The notes below the pieces were generated by a model. It was not told the origin of the DNA. It made no database searches and saw only the letters and a program-made list of their open reading frames with translations. From Mytilus edulis (Eukaryota), in contig NC_092350.1 in NCBI RefSeq assembly GCF_963676685.1, forward strand, positions 26,846,001-26,910,000: a DNA stretch of 64,000 bases, given 5' to 3'. Positions 11,921-26,100 of the stretch are shown piece after piece. Position numbers and translations under genes: made by a program. Within the stretch, counting starts at the first letter, position 1. Every line of letters starts with the position of its first letter.

Positions 11921-14444
11921 ACTTCAGAAAACACCAAAAAATAAAACATTTTTTTTTACGAAAAGACAATTAAAAATCGCTGGCAAAATTAAAAATTTTT
12001 GTTTTCAAATATGATATTGGTCAGGTGAGCCACTGTCGAGGCAATGAATAGAAGTACACAGATTTCTTGTTAATTATGGTGATTGTAGATTGTCAGGGAT
12101 GGATTTATGCGGTTTTAGCTTGAAACTTTAATTTCTCGCTTATTTTACCACAAAATATTTCTCGCCACGCTTGGCAAGATATCTATATATTGCACCCTCT
12201 CAAGAAGAATATTTCAATAATTCCGATAAAATTATACCTCAATTTTTTTTTTAAATCCTGGCTACGCCCCTGGAACTAATTGCATGCTTCTTTTATTATT
12301 ATATCAGTTTTGATTTTTTATCAAGGGATTAGTTTAGCCAACATCTCCGTTTTAACATATATATATTCTAATGTAATTGGTTTGGACATTTTTTCCTAAA
12401 ACAAAGGACCATATTAGATTGAAATACCCATTTTTTTCTTTTTCCATCTGCTGATAATAAAATGTTAACCCCACTGAACCACCACACCCTGAAAACATCC
12501 TTTTAGAATGGAACATTGAATGAAGATTGGATGAATTTCTTAAAAACTTCAAATAATTAAAGTCGAGTCAATACAGGGTTTTGGAGAAAACAATTTGGAA
12601 AACAGGGCTGGGCACTGAGTTTGCCAACTTTAGGGCTATACTACTATCTAGAACATTTATTGTCTTGTGATAAGGCAGGGGCGGATTTAGGCGGGGGCGT
12701 GGCGGGCGTGCGCACCCCTTAAAATTTGCAAAGCATGGGTTGCCCTCAGCTCAGTAAAGTATCTGAACAGACGACGAAAACTAATGTCGTCGCATCGTAT
12801 CTGTTTTAACATTCAAAGAAGAATATAAAACAGTAAGTTTAAGAGAATCAACGTGATTACTAATAAACTGACTTACGGTTTATTTATAAGTTCTATAAAT
12901 ATATGATTCTTCAAAGAAAGGTGCCAATAAACTCTTCATAGATACCAGGATTAAATTTTGTATTTACGCCAGACGTGCGTTTCGTCTATAAAAGACTCAT
13001 CAGTGACCCTCGAATCCACAAAAGTTAAAAAGGCCAAATAAAGTACGAAGTTGAAGAGCATTTAGGACCAAAATTCCTAAACGTTTTGCCAAAAACAGCT
13101 ACGATAATTCCTGAGGTAGAAAAGCCTTAGTATTTCAAAAATACAAAAGTTTTGTAAACAGCTAATTTATAAATATAACCATATCAATGATAACAAACGA
13201 GGTACTGCGTTTGATGACAAATATCTTAGGCTTTTAGCAGTTTAAGTGAAACAATTGTGACAGTGTAGTTGCGGATTTTATAAACAATTTCTTTGATAAT
13301 CGAAGTTCAAAAACATCCCTACCCCACTTTTACACGAAGTAGGTGAAATTGACCTACCATCGGTTGGGTTGGTTATTTCATCATGTCCACGGCCAAGAAA
13401 ACAGTCCAGGTTTGATTCTTTCCTAATGAAAGATAGAAATACTGGTTCAAGCGAAAGGTTAGTTTATTAATTTGTATCATTATTATATCTCTGTATCAAT
13501 CAATATATGTTTCTCACTTGCAACCTGTAAAGTTTGCCGAAGCATGCATAAATGGTCAAGGCCCCAACCCGTACTACCGTTTTACATAAAGTCTCACATA
13601 TAGTATCCCATGAAAATACACACATGTTCGTAAGGATCTCATTCTGATTTTAGTGATTTTTGCGCTAAACAAAATGTATATAAAAAGTTTGGCACGACTT
13701 CAGAAAACACCAAAAAATAATAATACATTTTTTTTTATGAAAAGACAATTAAAAATCGCTGGCAAAATTAGAAATTTTTGTTTTCAAATATGATATTGGT
13801 CAGGTGAGCCACTGTCGAGGCAATGAATAGAAGTACACAGATTTCTTGTTAATTATGGTGATTGTAGATTGTCAGGGGTGGATTTATGCGGTTTTAGCTT
13901 GAAACTTTAATTTCTCGCTTATTTTACCACAAAATATTTCTCGCCACGCTTGGCAAGATATCTATATTGCACCCTCTCTAGAAGAGTATTTCAATAATTT
14001 TGATAAAATTATACCTCATTTTTTTTTGTTATCCTGGCTACGCCCCTGGAACTATAACTGCTTCTTTTATTATTATATCAGTTTTGATTTTTTATCAAGG
14101 GATTAGTTTAGCCAACATCTCCGTTTTAACATAATATTCTAATGTAATTGGTTTGGACATTTTGTCCTAGAAATACCCATTTTTTTCTTTTTCCATCTGC
14201 TGATAATATAATTTTAACCATGTTTTAAAACCCCACTGAACCACCACACCCTAAAAACATCCTTTTAGGATGGAACATTGAACAAAGATTGGATGAATTT
14301 CTTAAAAACTTAAGATGATTAAAGTCGAATCAATACAGGATTTTGGAGAAAAGCATTTGGAAAACAGGGCTGGGCACTGAGTTTGCCAACTTTGGGGCTA
14401 TACTACATGTACTACTCTAAAACATTTATTGTCTTGTGATAAGG
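11921..14444. repeat. ~750-bp diverged direct duplication (11921-12675 and 13697-14444)
   Basis: Both copies run from acttcagaaaacaccaaaaaata to ...tgtcttgtgataagg, with scattered substitutions and small indels. Confidence 0.9.
12966..13009 (-). ncRNA. Type I hammerhead ribozyme motif (core intact, stem mismatches)
   Basis: Reverse complement GGGTCA-CTGATGA-GTCT(tttat)AGAC-GAAA-CGCACG-TC-TGGCGT, inside the repeat at ~12938-13192. Confidence 0.7.
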
Positions 14445-14458
14445 TAAAGCCAGGCTTA

Positions 14459-14745
14459 GGCAGCAACCATTTGATTTACGGGGGGGGGGGGGGGGGGGTG
14501 GGGGGGGGTGGGGGGGCTATGTTTTTTTTTTGGAAAAAAAAGTTTGTTTCCAGTTTTTGGAGAGAAAAAATAATTTGTTTTTGATTCTGAGAAAAAAAAA
14601 TTGTTTGTTTCACCCTCACCTGCCACTATATGTAATGCTAAAATTGAAAGAAAAAAATTGTTTTCGACTTGTCGCGAAAAAAATAGATTGTTTTTCGCCA
14701 TAGCCCCCCCCCCCCTCCCCCCTCGAAAATCAAATGGTTGCTGCC
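14459..14745. mobile_element. PIF/Harbinger (Tourist-like) MITE
   Basis: TIRs GGCAGCAACCATTTGATTT / AAATCAAATGGTTGCTGCC flanked by TTA on both sides (14456-14458, 14746-14748). A related partial copy lies at ~20214-20425 + 22068-22118. Confidence 0.8.
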
Positions 14746-15341
14746 TTATCTATTTTAATATAAAACGGGACCAGACTATTTATTCCATTGCCCCCACCCC
14801 CTCCTACTATCGGAAACAAACGAACGGCTTATCAAAATGTATAATTGGGTAAAAAAATGAAGAAAAATACACAAAAATGCAACCAAACGGAAAGGTTATT
14901 AAATAGTACGCTGTAAATATTAAAAGGGAGATAACTGAAGAATGGCATCGACAAAGATACAGGGTTTTATTTATAATCACAGAATAGCATTAATAGCAGC
15001 AGCTGGAGTCGGTAATTAACTATGTTATTTTTGTAATAACTTATTGTCTTGCTTCCTTGTCAAAGTATATCTTCGTAAAACTGTACCAAGAAGATCATTG
15101 TCATTATTAATATATTATAACCCCACTTTTCTATTTATAGAACCTTTTCGTATGCAGTAGTAAGTCTTGTTTTCTCAATATTCTGATCCATTCTGGCTAG
15201 CTCGATTTTATAAAAACAAAAGAGGATAATCATTATCTTTTATAACAATTGTATTATTTGGTTTTTTTTCTTTCTTTCTTTTGTGTTTACTTTTGTTAAT
15301 TTTCTGTGTTGCTGGCACAGGCACTGAATTGTTTCTATCCA

Positions 15342-15441
15342 NNNNNNNNNNNNNNNNNNNNNNNNNNNNNNNNNNNNNNNNNNNNNNNNNNNNNNNNNNN
15401 NNNNNNNNNNNNNNNNNNNNNNNNNNNNNNNNNNNNNNNNN
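15342..15441. other. Assembly gap (100 N) flanked by a near-identical ~670-bp duplication (14670-15341 = 15442-16112)
   Basis: The sequences on either side of the gap appear identical apart from poly-C length, as expected for unmerged overlapping contig ends. Confidence 0.9.
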
Positions 15442-16086
15442 TGTCGCGAAAAAAATAGATTGTTTTTCGCCATAGCCCCCCCCCCCTCCCCCCTCGAAAA
15501 TCAAATGGTTGCTGCCTTATCTATTTTAATATAAAACGGGACCAGACTATTTATTCCATTGCCCCCACCCCCTCCTACTATCGGAAACAAACGAACGGCT
15601 TATCAAAATGTATAATTGGGTAAAAAAATGAAGAAAAATACACAAAAATGCAACCAAACGGAAAGGTTATTAAATAGTACGCTGTAAATATTAAAAGGGA
15701 GATAACTGAAGAATGGCATCGACAAAGATACAGGGTTTTATTTATAATCACAGAATAGCATTAATAGCAGCAGCTGGAGTCGGTAATTAACTATGTTATT
15801 TTTGTAATAACTTATTGTCTTGCTTCCTTGTCAAAGTATATCTTCGTAAAACTGTACCAAGAAGATCATTGTCATTATTAATATATTATAACCCCACTTT
15901 TCTATTTATAGAACCTTTTCGTATGCAGTAGTAAGTCTTGTTTTCTCAATATTCTGATCCATTCTGGCTAGCTCGATTTTATAAAAACAAAAGAGGATAA
16001 TCATTATCTTTTATAACAATTGTATTATTTGGTTTTTTTTCTTTCTTTCTTTTGTGTTTACTTTTGTTAATTTTCTGTGTTGCTGG

Positions 16087-16172
16087 CACAGGCACTGAAT
16101 TGTTTCTATCCATTGGAGACCAACTATCAACGTTGATAGTGTGTCTCCAATGGATAGAAACAAGTGCCTGTG
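16087..16172. repeat. Near-perfect 86-bp palindrome / fold-back
   Basis: cacaggcac (16087-16095) with gtgcctgtg (16164-16172); ttgtttctatccattggagac (16100-16120) with gtctccaatggatagaaacaa (16143-16163); central perfect palindrome actatcaacgttgatagt (16123-16140). Confidence 0.9.
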
Positions 16173-16395
16173 GTTGCTGGTAAGGTTATATTTTATGAAA
16201 GGTCAACAATTAGTACATGTATCATGATCCATGGTATTTCGCATGGGGTTGGGGTTTGTTGATTTCTATCAAATGCAATGTATGCAAAGAAAAGGTAGAC
16301 CGGCATAAATGATAGGCACTTTTCTTCTTGAATATAGTTCAAGTTTAATTGAATAGGTTGGGTTTTTTTCCATAGAAAAGATAACATTTATACAG

Positions 16396-16425
16396 GAATA
16401 GAATAGAATAGAATAGAATAGAATA
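16396..16425. repeat. (GAATA)6 microsatellite
   Basis: Direct reading. Confidence 0.9.
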
Positions 16426-17196
16426 TTTTTATTTCCCAAATTACAGGGCCCATAAAGGGCATAAAATCAGATACAATTGATTTACATAATTGGTAACAAC
16501 AACAATAGAGGCATATACATATATATTTGGAATATAAGCATTGGTCAGAATCAAGCTAAAAACCACATACATTGTATATAATTATTGTGAATAAAAGAAT
16601 AATATGACGTTTTCTGTCTAATGGTATTAACTGTCAAATATTTCGTGAGATAAAGTTTAAATGTTACATGTAACCCAAGTTGTAAATAGTAAACCAGATA
16701 TTAATTCAACTTAATTATATAATTGGATTAGCTGATTAGGTATAGGTACATGTATAGAGTATATATACACAGATATCAAATTGTTAAAGACCAGATAACG
16801 TGATTATTTACTTTATTGCTTTGTTTTGAACTTCCATCCTTTAAGCAAATATGTTTGACCATGTGTAAGTATGTATAATGAAACCTGTTTTGACGATATT
16901 CAATTTACCGTTCATCTCTGCCTTTATTATTTTTGAACTTAAAATCATCGCGTATGTCAACATGGTCAAGTACCGGAAAATTGTGCATATTGGAATATAA
17001 GCATGATAAGTACTAATCCGTTTTTTTTCTTAATTTAAAATAATATCACATATATTTCGATAAATTCTCTTTAAAAAAAGTTACAAGTGAACATATTAAT
17101 CCCGGGGTAATAATTAGGACATTATAAGTAGAAAGAATTCAAGGGAAGTCATCCATTCGTATATTCTATTTCGTGTGAAGAGTAGTGTCTAAAGCA

Positions 17197-20100
17197 ATGG
17201 ATTACACAGAAGTCATGGAAATTGTACAAAATTTTCTTCTTGACCACAAAGCAGCATTGAGTATTGCATTAGGTGTTGGTAAGTTTAATTTCTTTAAATT
17301 GTATTACACTAGAAGTTGTCTTTTTTACCGTTGTCAGGCCTCAAGAGTTTAATTGCTTATTGACATACTGTGCTCAAATTTAAACCTAATTTTTTTTAGA
17401 ACTGTGTTGACCGTTTTTTTTAAAGAATCTACATGGTACATAAAGGCTAACAGACGTTAGGGAAATCTCGCCGAAATCATCAACAAACTCTGTGAGAATA
17501 TTAACTCTTTTTTTCATAGCTAAGAAGAATGCACTAAAAGTTATTCCCTGATCGAATATTTCATTTATTTAACTGTTCCTCTGTTTTGGAATTAATAATC
17601 GAGTTACAATTAAGTAAGTTGATAGTTGAATATACGTTTTTTTCTGTAATTGTCATAATTTTTATTTAATCATTAGATTTACTTCCAATTTAGGTGTAAC
17701 ATTGGTATGTGTAAGACGTTACGCAGCTGGTGTAAGGTATACCAACACAACGACCAGATTAGATGGAAAACATGTGATCATTACTGGTGCTAATGCAGGA
17801 ATAGGAAAAGAAACAGCCATCGATTTGGCTAACAGGGGTAAGTGTGCATACCTCGTTAAGTAAGTCATTTCATAGGATACACGTAGGTTATAATACAGGA
17901 ATGATTTCTGCAGTATCAAATGTTTCATTGTTTTTCCGTTATTTGTTGCATTTTATTTTGGGAATTTTTGGGATGGAAGTCGCATTTCTGATACTATAAT
18001 GTATGAATTGTGAACTCTGAAATAATAATATTGTATAGTAGGTCAGTGAGGTATATTTTTCCGATGACGACATGTTTTCACAAATGTTTTCCACAGTATC
18101 AAAAGTTGTCAGTATGACTATATTTTATTTGATGGACTATATTTTTGTACTATTAGGGGTAGGTATTCGTATTTCTGATAATGTTATAATGAATAAACCT
18201 GAAAATGTAATTTTATGATGAAAGTACAGTATTTACCTCCATAAAAATACTTATATTTTAAAGATTTTTTAAGAATTACTTTAGTTAGTCGTAAAAGAAC
18301 GCCAATATAGGTATAAAAAAAGTAAGACGAAATGATGAATTAGTGCATGATTGAAATGTATCTGTCCCTTTTGTAATCTAGATATTTTTCCAATATTCGT
18401 TTAGAAAAGACACTTGATAAATCATGCATGTACACGTACACATTTTTCGAAATTTTGTTGATTTTCGATATTAGAAGTTTTGTTAAAATGTATACACGTT
18501 CATTCTCTCTACTATTATTCTGATAACTTGGATCGATACATGTGTATTACACATTGTTAGTCTCTTAGTATCATATCTCTGTCATGCCTCTGTTGTGAAC
18601 GAACGGCTATATCCAATTTACTGATGCGTCACAGTTCAATTTGGAGTCCTCATCGCGGTTCGCGTTAAAGTCATTTTCGGCACTACTAATATAAGAATAA
18701 GGGGATGTGGTTGGAGTTCCAATGAGGCAACTATCCACCAAAGTTGAAATGTGTGGATGTAAACTATTAGCTTTTCCGCGGCGGAGCATCCGAGAAACCC
18801 GTTAGATTCGTACAACTCGGGTTAACTTGAGTTAAAAAATCAGTGATAATGTTCATGTGCACAACCGCCCAGAACCGAAGTGAAATTAAAACTTTTCTGA
18901 GTTGACTTCGTTGCATTTGATGCCATACACTAGTTCTGCAACTTACATTTGTACATACTAAGATTCAGATTCAGACTTTCAAAATCGAAGATATAGATAT
19001 TGAAGTGGTTGTTAACTTTCTCATTATGACGTCGAAAAGGACCAACTTACTTTAAATAAATTTTTTATTCTTGGTAAATCCAATTATTGAAATTATACTT
19101 TTTTCTGCATGTCTTATAATTGATTAACATCACCGACTGTATATTTACTCTTGATTCTAATATGACATGCTTCTTTCGCTTTGTAAACAACACCGTAATA
19201 AAATTCTCGATATATCTATACTTAGCGCAGACTCAGAAATATACATAATAATGGCTGTTACAATATACGTCCTAAGTAAATACACATGTATTGGAACCTC
19301 TTTGCACACATGTATTGGAACCTCTTTGCACACATGTATTGGAACCTCTTTACAAACCCTTTGCAAACCCTTTGCCAATTTTATTGTTTGAAAATTGCAA
19401 TTAAAAAAGACAAAATAGCTTTTATTCTTATTCGCTCAGGATAAAATTCGAATATCACGGCCCAGGCCATGTGTAAATGTCTAACAATATATGGCTCTCA
19501 TGAATTATTTCTTAATTTTAACTGGAATGACTGTGTTGGTTTTACCGGTGACAATTGTTCAAATGTTTGTGTCCAGCTTTTAATCATAGAATCTTTGTTT
19601 TGATTTGAAAATTTCATAATAGGTCAAGTTTCGGGGTTAGAACATTTGAAAAACCGATGGTTTACGAATTAGGCGATGTCTTTTACCAATCTACTATTGG
19701 GTAGTGTATAATAATTATTACTTGCTATAATTTATCTCAACGTATCGACGGATCGACGGGTATCACACATGGAGCAGAATCTGATAACTCTTCTGGAGCA
19801 CATGAGATTCGAGTTGCCCAGTCTTAACATTTCTATGTTGTCTTTTGTAAACTGTTTTTATTTTAATATTTTGATCGTTGTTTCATTGGCACTGCCAGTA
19901 TACTATAGACTTATGAGTTTGAATATATATGTATATAAATATACATATATACCTTTTGTTAGGAGCCAAGGTCACGCTTGCCTGTCGAGACATGAAAAGA
20001 GCACAAGATGCAGCAGACGACATCAAACAAATTACCGGGAACCAAAATATTACAGTCAAACAACTGAATCTAGCCTCACTGAAGTCGGTGAGAAGTTTTG

Positions 20101-23100
20101 CTGAAGATATCAACAAAAACGAGACGAGGCTAGATGTATTGATAAACAATGCAGGTAAGTAAACTATGCAGTCGTATATTTGACAAAATGCGCAACAGCT
20201 CATCAAGATAAAAGCTATGGGTTTTTTTTCTGGACAAATTTTTTTTTTCGCCTGCGGCGAAAAACGATCTATTTTTTTCCCGACAGGTCGAAAACAATTT
20301 TTTTCTTTCTATTTTAGCATTACATATAGTGGCAGCTAAGGGTGAAACAAACAATTTTTTTTTCTCAGAATCAAAAACAAATTATTTTTTTCTCCAAAAA
20401 CTGGAAACAAACTTTTTTTCCAAAACTAGAGGCTCTAAAGAGCCTGTGTCGCTCACCTTGGTACATTTGTATATGTGAATATTCAACAAAGGACACAGAT
20501 GGATTCGTGACAAAATTGTGTTTTGGTGATGGTGATATGTTTGTAGATCTAACTTTACTGAACATTCTTGCTGCGTACATATATCCCCATCTATAATGAT
20601 TGGCCCAGTAGTTTCAGTTAAAAGTGTTAGTAAAAATTTACAAATTTTATGAAAATTGTTAAAAATTGACTATCGATTCGTCTGAAATTTTCAGGGCAGA
20701 TAGATCTTGACCTGATAAACAATTTAACCCATGCCAGTTTTCCTCTTAATGCTTTTGTTTTTGAGTTATAAGCCAAAAACTGCATTTTATCCCATGTTCT
20801 ATTTTTAGCCATGGCAGCCATCTTGGTAGGTTGACCAGGTCAACAGACACAATTTTTAAACTAGATACCCCAATGATGATTGTGGCCAAGTTTGGTTTAA
20901 TATGGCGCAGTAGTTTCAGAGGAGAAGATTTTTGTAAAAGATAACTAAGATTTACGAAAAATGGTTAAAAATTGACTATAAGGGGCAATAACTCCTAAAG
21001 GGGTCATTTGACCATTTCAGTAATGTTGACTTATTTGTAAATCTTATTTTGCTGAACATTATCATGATTATTGCTGTTTACAGTTTATCTCTATCTATAA
21101 TATTTTTCAAGATAATAACCAAAAACAGCAAAATTTCCTTAAAATTACCAATTTAGGGGTAGCAACCCAACAACAGGTTGTTCGATTCATCTGAAATTTT
21201 CAGGGCAGATAGATCTTGACCTGATAAACAATTTTACCCCATGTCAGAATTGCTCTAAATGCTTTGGTTTTTGAGTTATAAGCCAAAAACTGCATTTTAC
21301 CCCTATGTTCTATTTTTAGCCATGGAGGCCATTTTGGTAGGTTGACCAGGTCACCGGACACAATTTTTAAACTAGATACCCCAATGATGATTGTGGCCAA
21401 GTTTGGTTTAATATGGCGCAGTAGTTTCAGAGGAGAAGATTTTTGTAAAAGATAATTAAGATTTACAAAAAATGGTTAAAAATTGACTATAAAGGGCAAT
21501 AACTCCTAAAGGGGTCATTTGACCATTTCGGTAATGTTGACTTATTTGTAAATCTTATTTTGCTGAACATTATCATGATTATTGCTGTTTACAGTTTATC
21601 TCTATCTATAATATTTTTCAAGATAATAACCAAAAACAGCAAAATTTCCTTAAAATTACCAATTTAGGGGTAGCAACCCAACAACAGGTTGTTCGATTCA
21701 TCTGAAATTTTCAGGGCAGATAGATCTTGACCTGATAAACAATTTTACCCCCATGTCAGAATTGCTCTAAATGCTTTGGTTTTTGAGTTATAAGCCAAAA
21801 ACTGCATTTTACCCCTATGTTCTATTTTTAGCCATGGTGGCCATCTTGGTTGGTTGACCGGGTCACCGGACACAATTTTTAAACTAGATACCCCAATGAT
21901 GATTGTGGCCAAGTTTGGTTTAATTTGGCCTGGTAGTTTCAGAGGAGAAGATTTTTGTAAAAGTTAACGCAGGACGACGACGGACGACGACGACGACGGA
22001 CGACGACAGACGCCGGACGCAAAGTGATGAGAAAAGCTCACTTGGCCCTTCGGGCCAGGTGAGCTAAAAAACCATAGACCCCCGCCCCCCCTCCCAGAAA
22101 ATCAAATGGTTGCTGCCTAATAGTAAAAAAACAAACCTGTACAGTGATATGTGTAAAAGAGGAAGGTCAGTTGCTTTTTACATACAAGCTTTTTCAGAAT
22201 TGTTAGATATACCTAAAAACTGCAATATTGACATCAAGCATAGGAGGACATCTTAAATTGACATTTTACGAGACTGAAAAAAAACCCTGTACATTTGGTG
22301 GTTTTTTTTTTTGCCTTTTTTGTTATGTTTTTTTGTTTTGTTTTATGAAGAAGTTCGACAATGTTACAAACATATTCCGTCTTCACGCTTAACTACAAGA
22401 CCCGAACACCAGGACAGGCTTTCGACCTTGTAAAATTCTTCTCATCAAGCCAGAAAAATTCAATTAAAATTGTCGAAAAATTGAGCTTCGGGCTTGTGGA
22501 TTCTTTAGTTTTATATTGTGAAGTCTGTAGGCCAATCCTATGTATACGTATACGTAGTCATTGCATTTCAACGGAAATTTTGATTTATAGGAATAATGAG
22601 ATGTCCTTACTGGAAGACAGATGACGGATTTGAGATGCAGAATGGAGTCAATCATTTAGGACACTTTCTATTGACTAATTTATTATTAGATAAGCTGAAG
22701 ATATCTGCTCCAAGCAGAGTTGTAACAGTATCATCTTTAGCACATGAAAGTAAGATCATTTTTAGTATTAATCAAAGTGACAACGTAAATGTATGATACT
22801 TTCAAAACCAAAGATTCTTAACGATTGTTTTTGCAATTTCATCCTAAGATTTAGAGTCAAAAGTCATGTACAAAAACGAGCCATTTCATAAATTAAGGGA
22901 CTGGTGAGGCCAGAAAAAAACCCACTCTCTACATAGATACATCAGGGGCAGTATAAAACGACTGTTTGCATGTCTTTACGCTAAATCCATTGGATGTCGG
23001 ACGTGTACCGATTAATAATTCAGTCTTAGATGCATGATGAGTTCAGCATTCCTCAACTGATTGTTATAATTTGTTATTGTGTTGTATTGTAACACCACTG

Positions 23101-26100
23101 TCCAGGGTTAGGGGAGGGTTAGGCGCCTGCTAACATGTTTAACCCCGCCACATGCTATGTGTGCCTGTCCCAAGTTAGGAGCCTGTAATTCAGTTGTTGT
23201 TTATGCGTTTGCTTTTTGTATAGTTTGTTATTGTGTTGTTGTGTTGCATGTACCAATGTTGAAAGTTAGGGGAGGATTGGGCGCCTCTCAAACGTTTTAA
23301 CCTCGCCATCCACCTTTTGTATGTGCCTGTCCTAAGTCAGGAGCTTGTAATTCAGTGGGTCATTTATTGCTGAGTAACGTATTTGTTACATGCCGCTAGA
23401 TCTCTCGTTTGGATCGTTTTACATTGTGATTCGGGGCATTTTATAGCTGACTTTGTGGTATGGGCTTTGCTCATTATTGAAGGCCGTACGGTGATCTATC
23501 TCATTGGCAGTCATACCACATTTTCCCTTATATATTCAGTACGTAAGCCACAAGATTTCGGAACTAGATGTCTTTGGTATATGTTAAGAACCGTAATCTT
23601 ATTTGATTTTAACTCAATATCAAAACCTAAATTTGTATCTTTTAGAATTTAAATTGATATAAGACTGAAATGTCAAAAATGTCTAAGTAACGTATAACCA
23701 AATAAAACATAAACACTTTCATATTTTATGTTTCGTTTGGTTATACTAAGATATTTTTGGGAAAGGAATCAAAAACAAAAGCGCAACAGTAAAAAGGACG
23801 GAGAATACATCTTAACATATTTACTTTGAAAATGATGTATGTACAGTTGTACAATAGCCTGGCAGTTCCTAAATATAAAATAAAGAGCCTCGTTCTACTT
23901 GTTAATGTCATGTGATGATAAAGAAGTAAATAATAAATAAATGATAACTTGGTAGAGTATGTTGAATTTACGTACAATACAAATTGCCTCGGTCACAATA
24001 TCTCTGATTCGTCTACAGTAACTCACTGCATCTACTACATTCAATGCTTGTTTTGGGCAATGTTTCGTCAAGCGTGTAAAAGTAAATTCAGTTAGCAAAA
24101 GTACTAGAAGCTCGTTCCAAATTATTGAACCATGAAATTTTCAACACGAGTTTTATTTTTTATGTTTTTATGTTTTAATATATAAACAGGAACGACATAG
24201 TTGATTTCAATACACATAAGAGCCCACTACAAATACAAGATATACATGTAGAATAAGAAGATGTGGTATGATTGACAACGATACAACCCTCCACCTAATA
24301 CCAGAGGACTAGCAACTACGGCATTAACAACTCATTTGTTTGGGCTTCCTTGACATTTATATTTAAGCACAAGAATACGTTATTTTAGATAGAAAATATC
24401 AAAAATTCTTTACTGTATAATATTATATATACCGCTAGAAAATAACATTATGCGATATCAGAAAGAAAAACACCTACCATTAACGTGATTGGAATAAGTA
24501 CATGTACTGCTATGTACTTTCTATTTACATATGATATTTTTATACTTTGAAGGAGGAAAGATGAACTTTGACGATCTGAACATGGAAAAGAATTATGATT
24601 CTGGTAACGCGTATTCACAGAGTAAACTTGCAAATGTACTTTTTTCCAGTGAATTGGCAAAGAAACTCCAAGGTGAATATAACATAAGCGTTCAAGATAT
24701 GTTCATTGTTTTCTAATTGTAGGATAAATTTAGTTGCAGATGTTAAATATTGGCGTTAAGTGTTTTACTGTAGAGTATTGGGATACACTCTGGGTAGGGA
24801 AGCTTGAATTGCCTCAATATCGGTTGTATCTCAAATTTCCTTTAATTCCTAAGTTTGTGAAGGTATTAAAGTCACATGGAACGTTTTTCCTGTAATTATA
24901 GCACTACGATTTTTTTTAAAATAAAGTGACATGTAGATGATGGAGTCAATTTTTTCTTTCTTTTTATGGCATTTTTCATGAGTTCCCATTTATTAGTTCA
25001 ACTTTGTTACAAACTGTCCAAATCGATAAATAATATCTTCTTAATACGTTTTTACCCTTTCTTTCATCTTGTATTGCCTTTCGCAGTTACACTGTGTGGT
25101 TGTCGAATATCACGGCGTCATGGTATATGTAACTTCATAAGCAAATCTTTATAATTTTCGTCACATTGAAGATTGATTACTGTGTTTATTTTGTATCAAA
25201 ATAACTGGTCAGTTCTTTCACCATGGAACATCAGTTTTCTTCAATAGCAATAAACTACAAGGACAGAAATATAATTCAAAATCTTAACCACACAGGGAAT
25301 AAATGTGTCGAGTTTTTCGGAAAAAATGTTCGAAACATTATGACGGACATCAGATGCTTAGTAATTGTGAAGGCAACCATAGTCAGGGTTCAGCTTCTAA
25401 AACAAATCCGAGATCCAAAATTAAACCGAGTGGGAAGTCATGAATCTGAATACAAATTGGCATGTTTCTGATGCACTGTACAATGGCTATTTCAGCCTGT
25501 TTTATATTGCTTGTTAAGTAATGGCATCATTGGCATTCGTTGGTGGTGATTTTAATAACACTTTATCTCAATAATAGGCACATGTTCATTTAATGTGCAT
25601 ATGCAATTGCAATTGATAATATTTAATGCTTGTGCATTTTATATTTTAACAGGAACGGGCGTGACGACATATTCTTTACACCCAGGAGTTATAAATACAG
25701 AGCTATCTAGACATGTAGCACAGAGTATTGGATGGAGAATGCTACTTTCAGTGGTAAGACCGTTGATCAAAACTCCAAATGAAGGAGCTCAGACGACCAT
25801 ATATTGTGCTGTAGATGAATCTCTATCTGGGGAAACTGGCAAATATTACAGGTGAGTAGACCCGTGTAATGGGTGATAGGAAAACCATACTAAACGCTGA
25901 AAGGGAACATGAAACAAAACAGAAAAACATGAAGGGATATTGCAATGTTACATGTTGTAATGTTTTTTTTATTAAAGGATATGAGCAAATCAGCTCTAAT
26001 ACGGATGTACCAACATGTGCAATACTAATGACATTTCACTGTGACAGTCGATATAAATCGAGAATTAATATTGCTTTTGAGTCTCGGGTCCAATACAGCT

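Noticed and set aside
14670-16112. Apparent 670-bp tandem duplication around the N gap
   Set aside because: The copies appear identical except for homopolymer length and abut a fixed 100-N gap; most likely unmerged contig overlap rather than biology.
19157-19391. ORFs with repeated peptide (VCKEVPIH)n
   Set aside because: Product of an intronic 24-bp tandem repeat.
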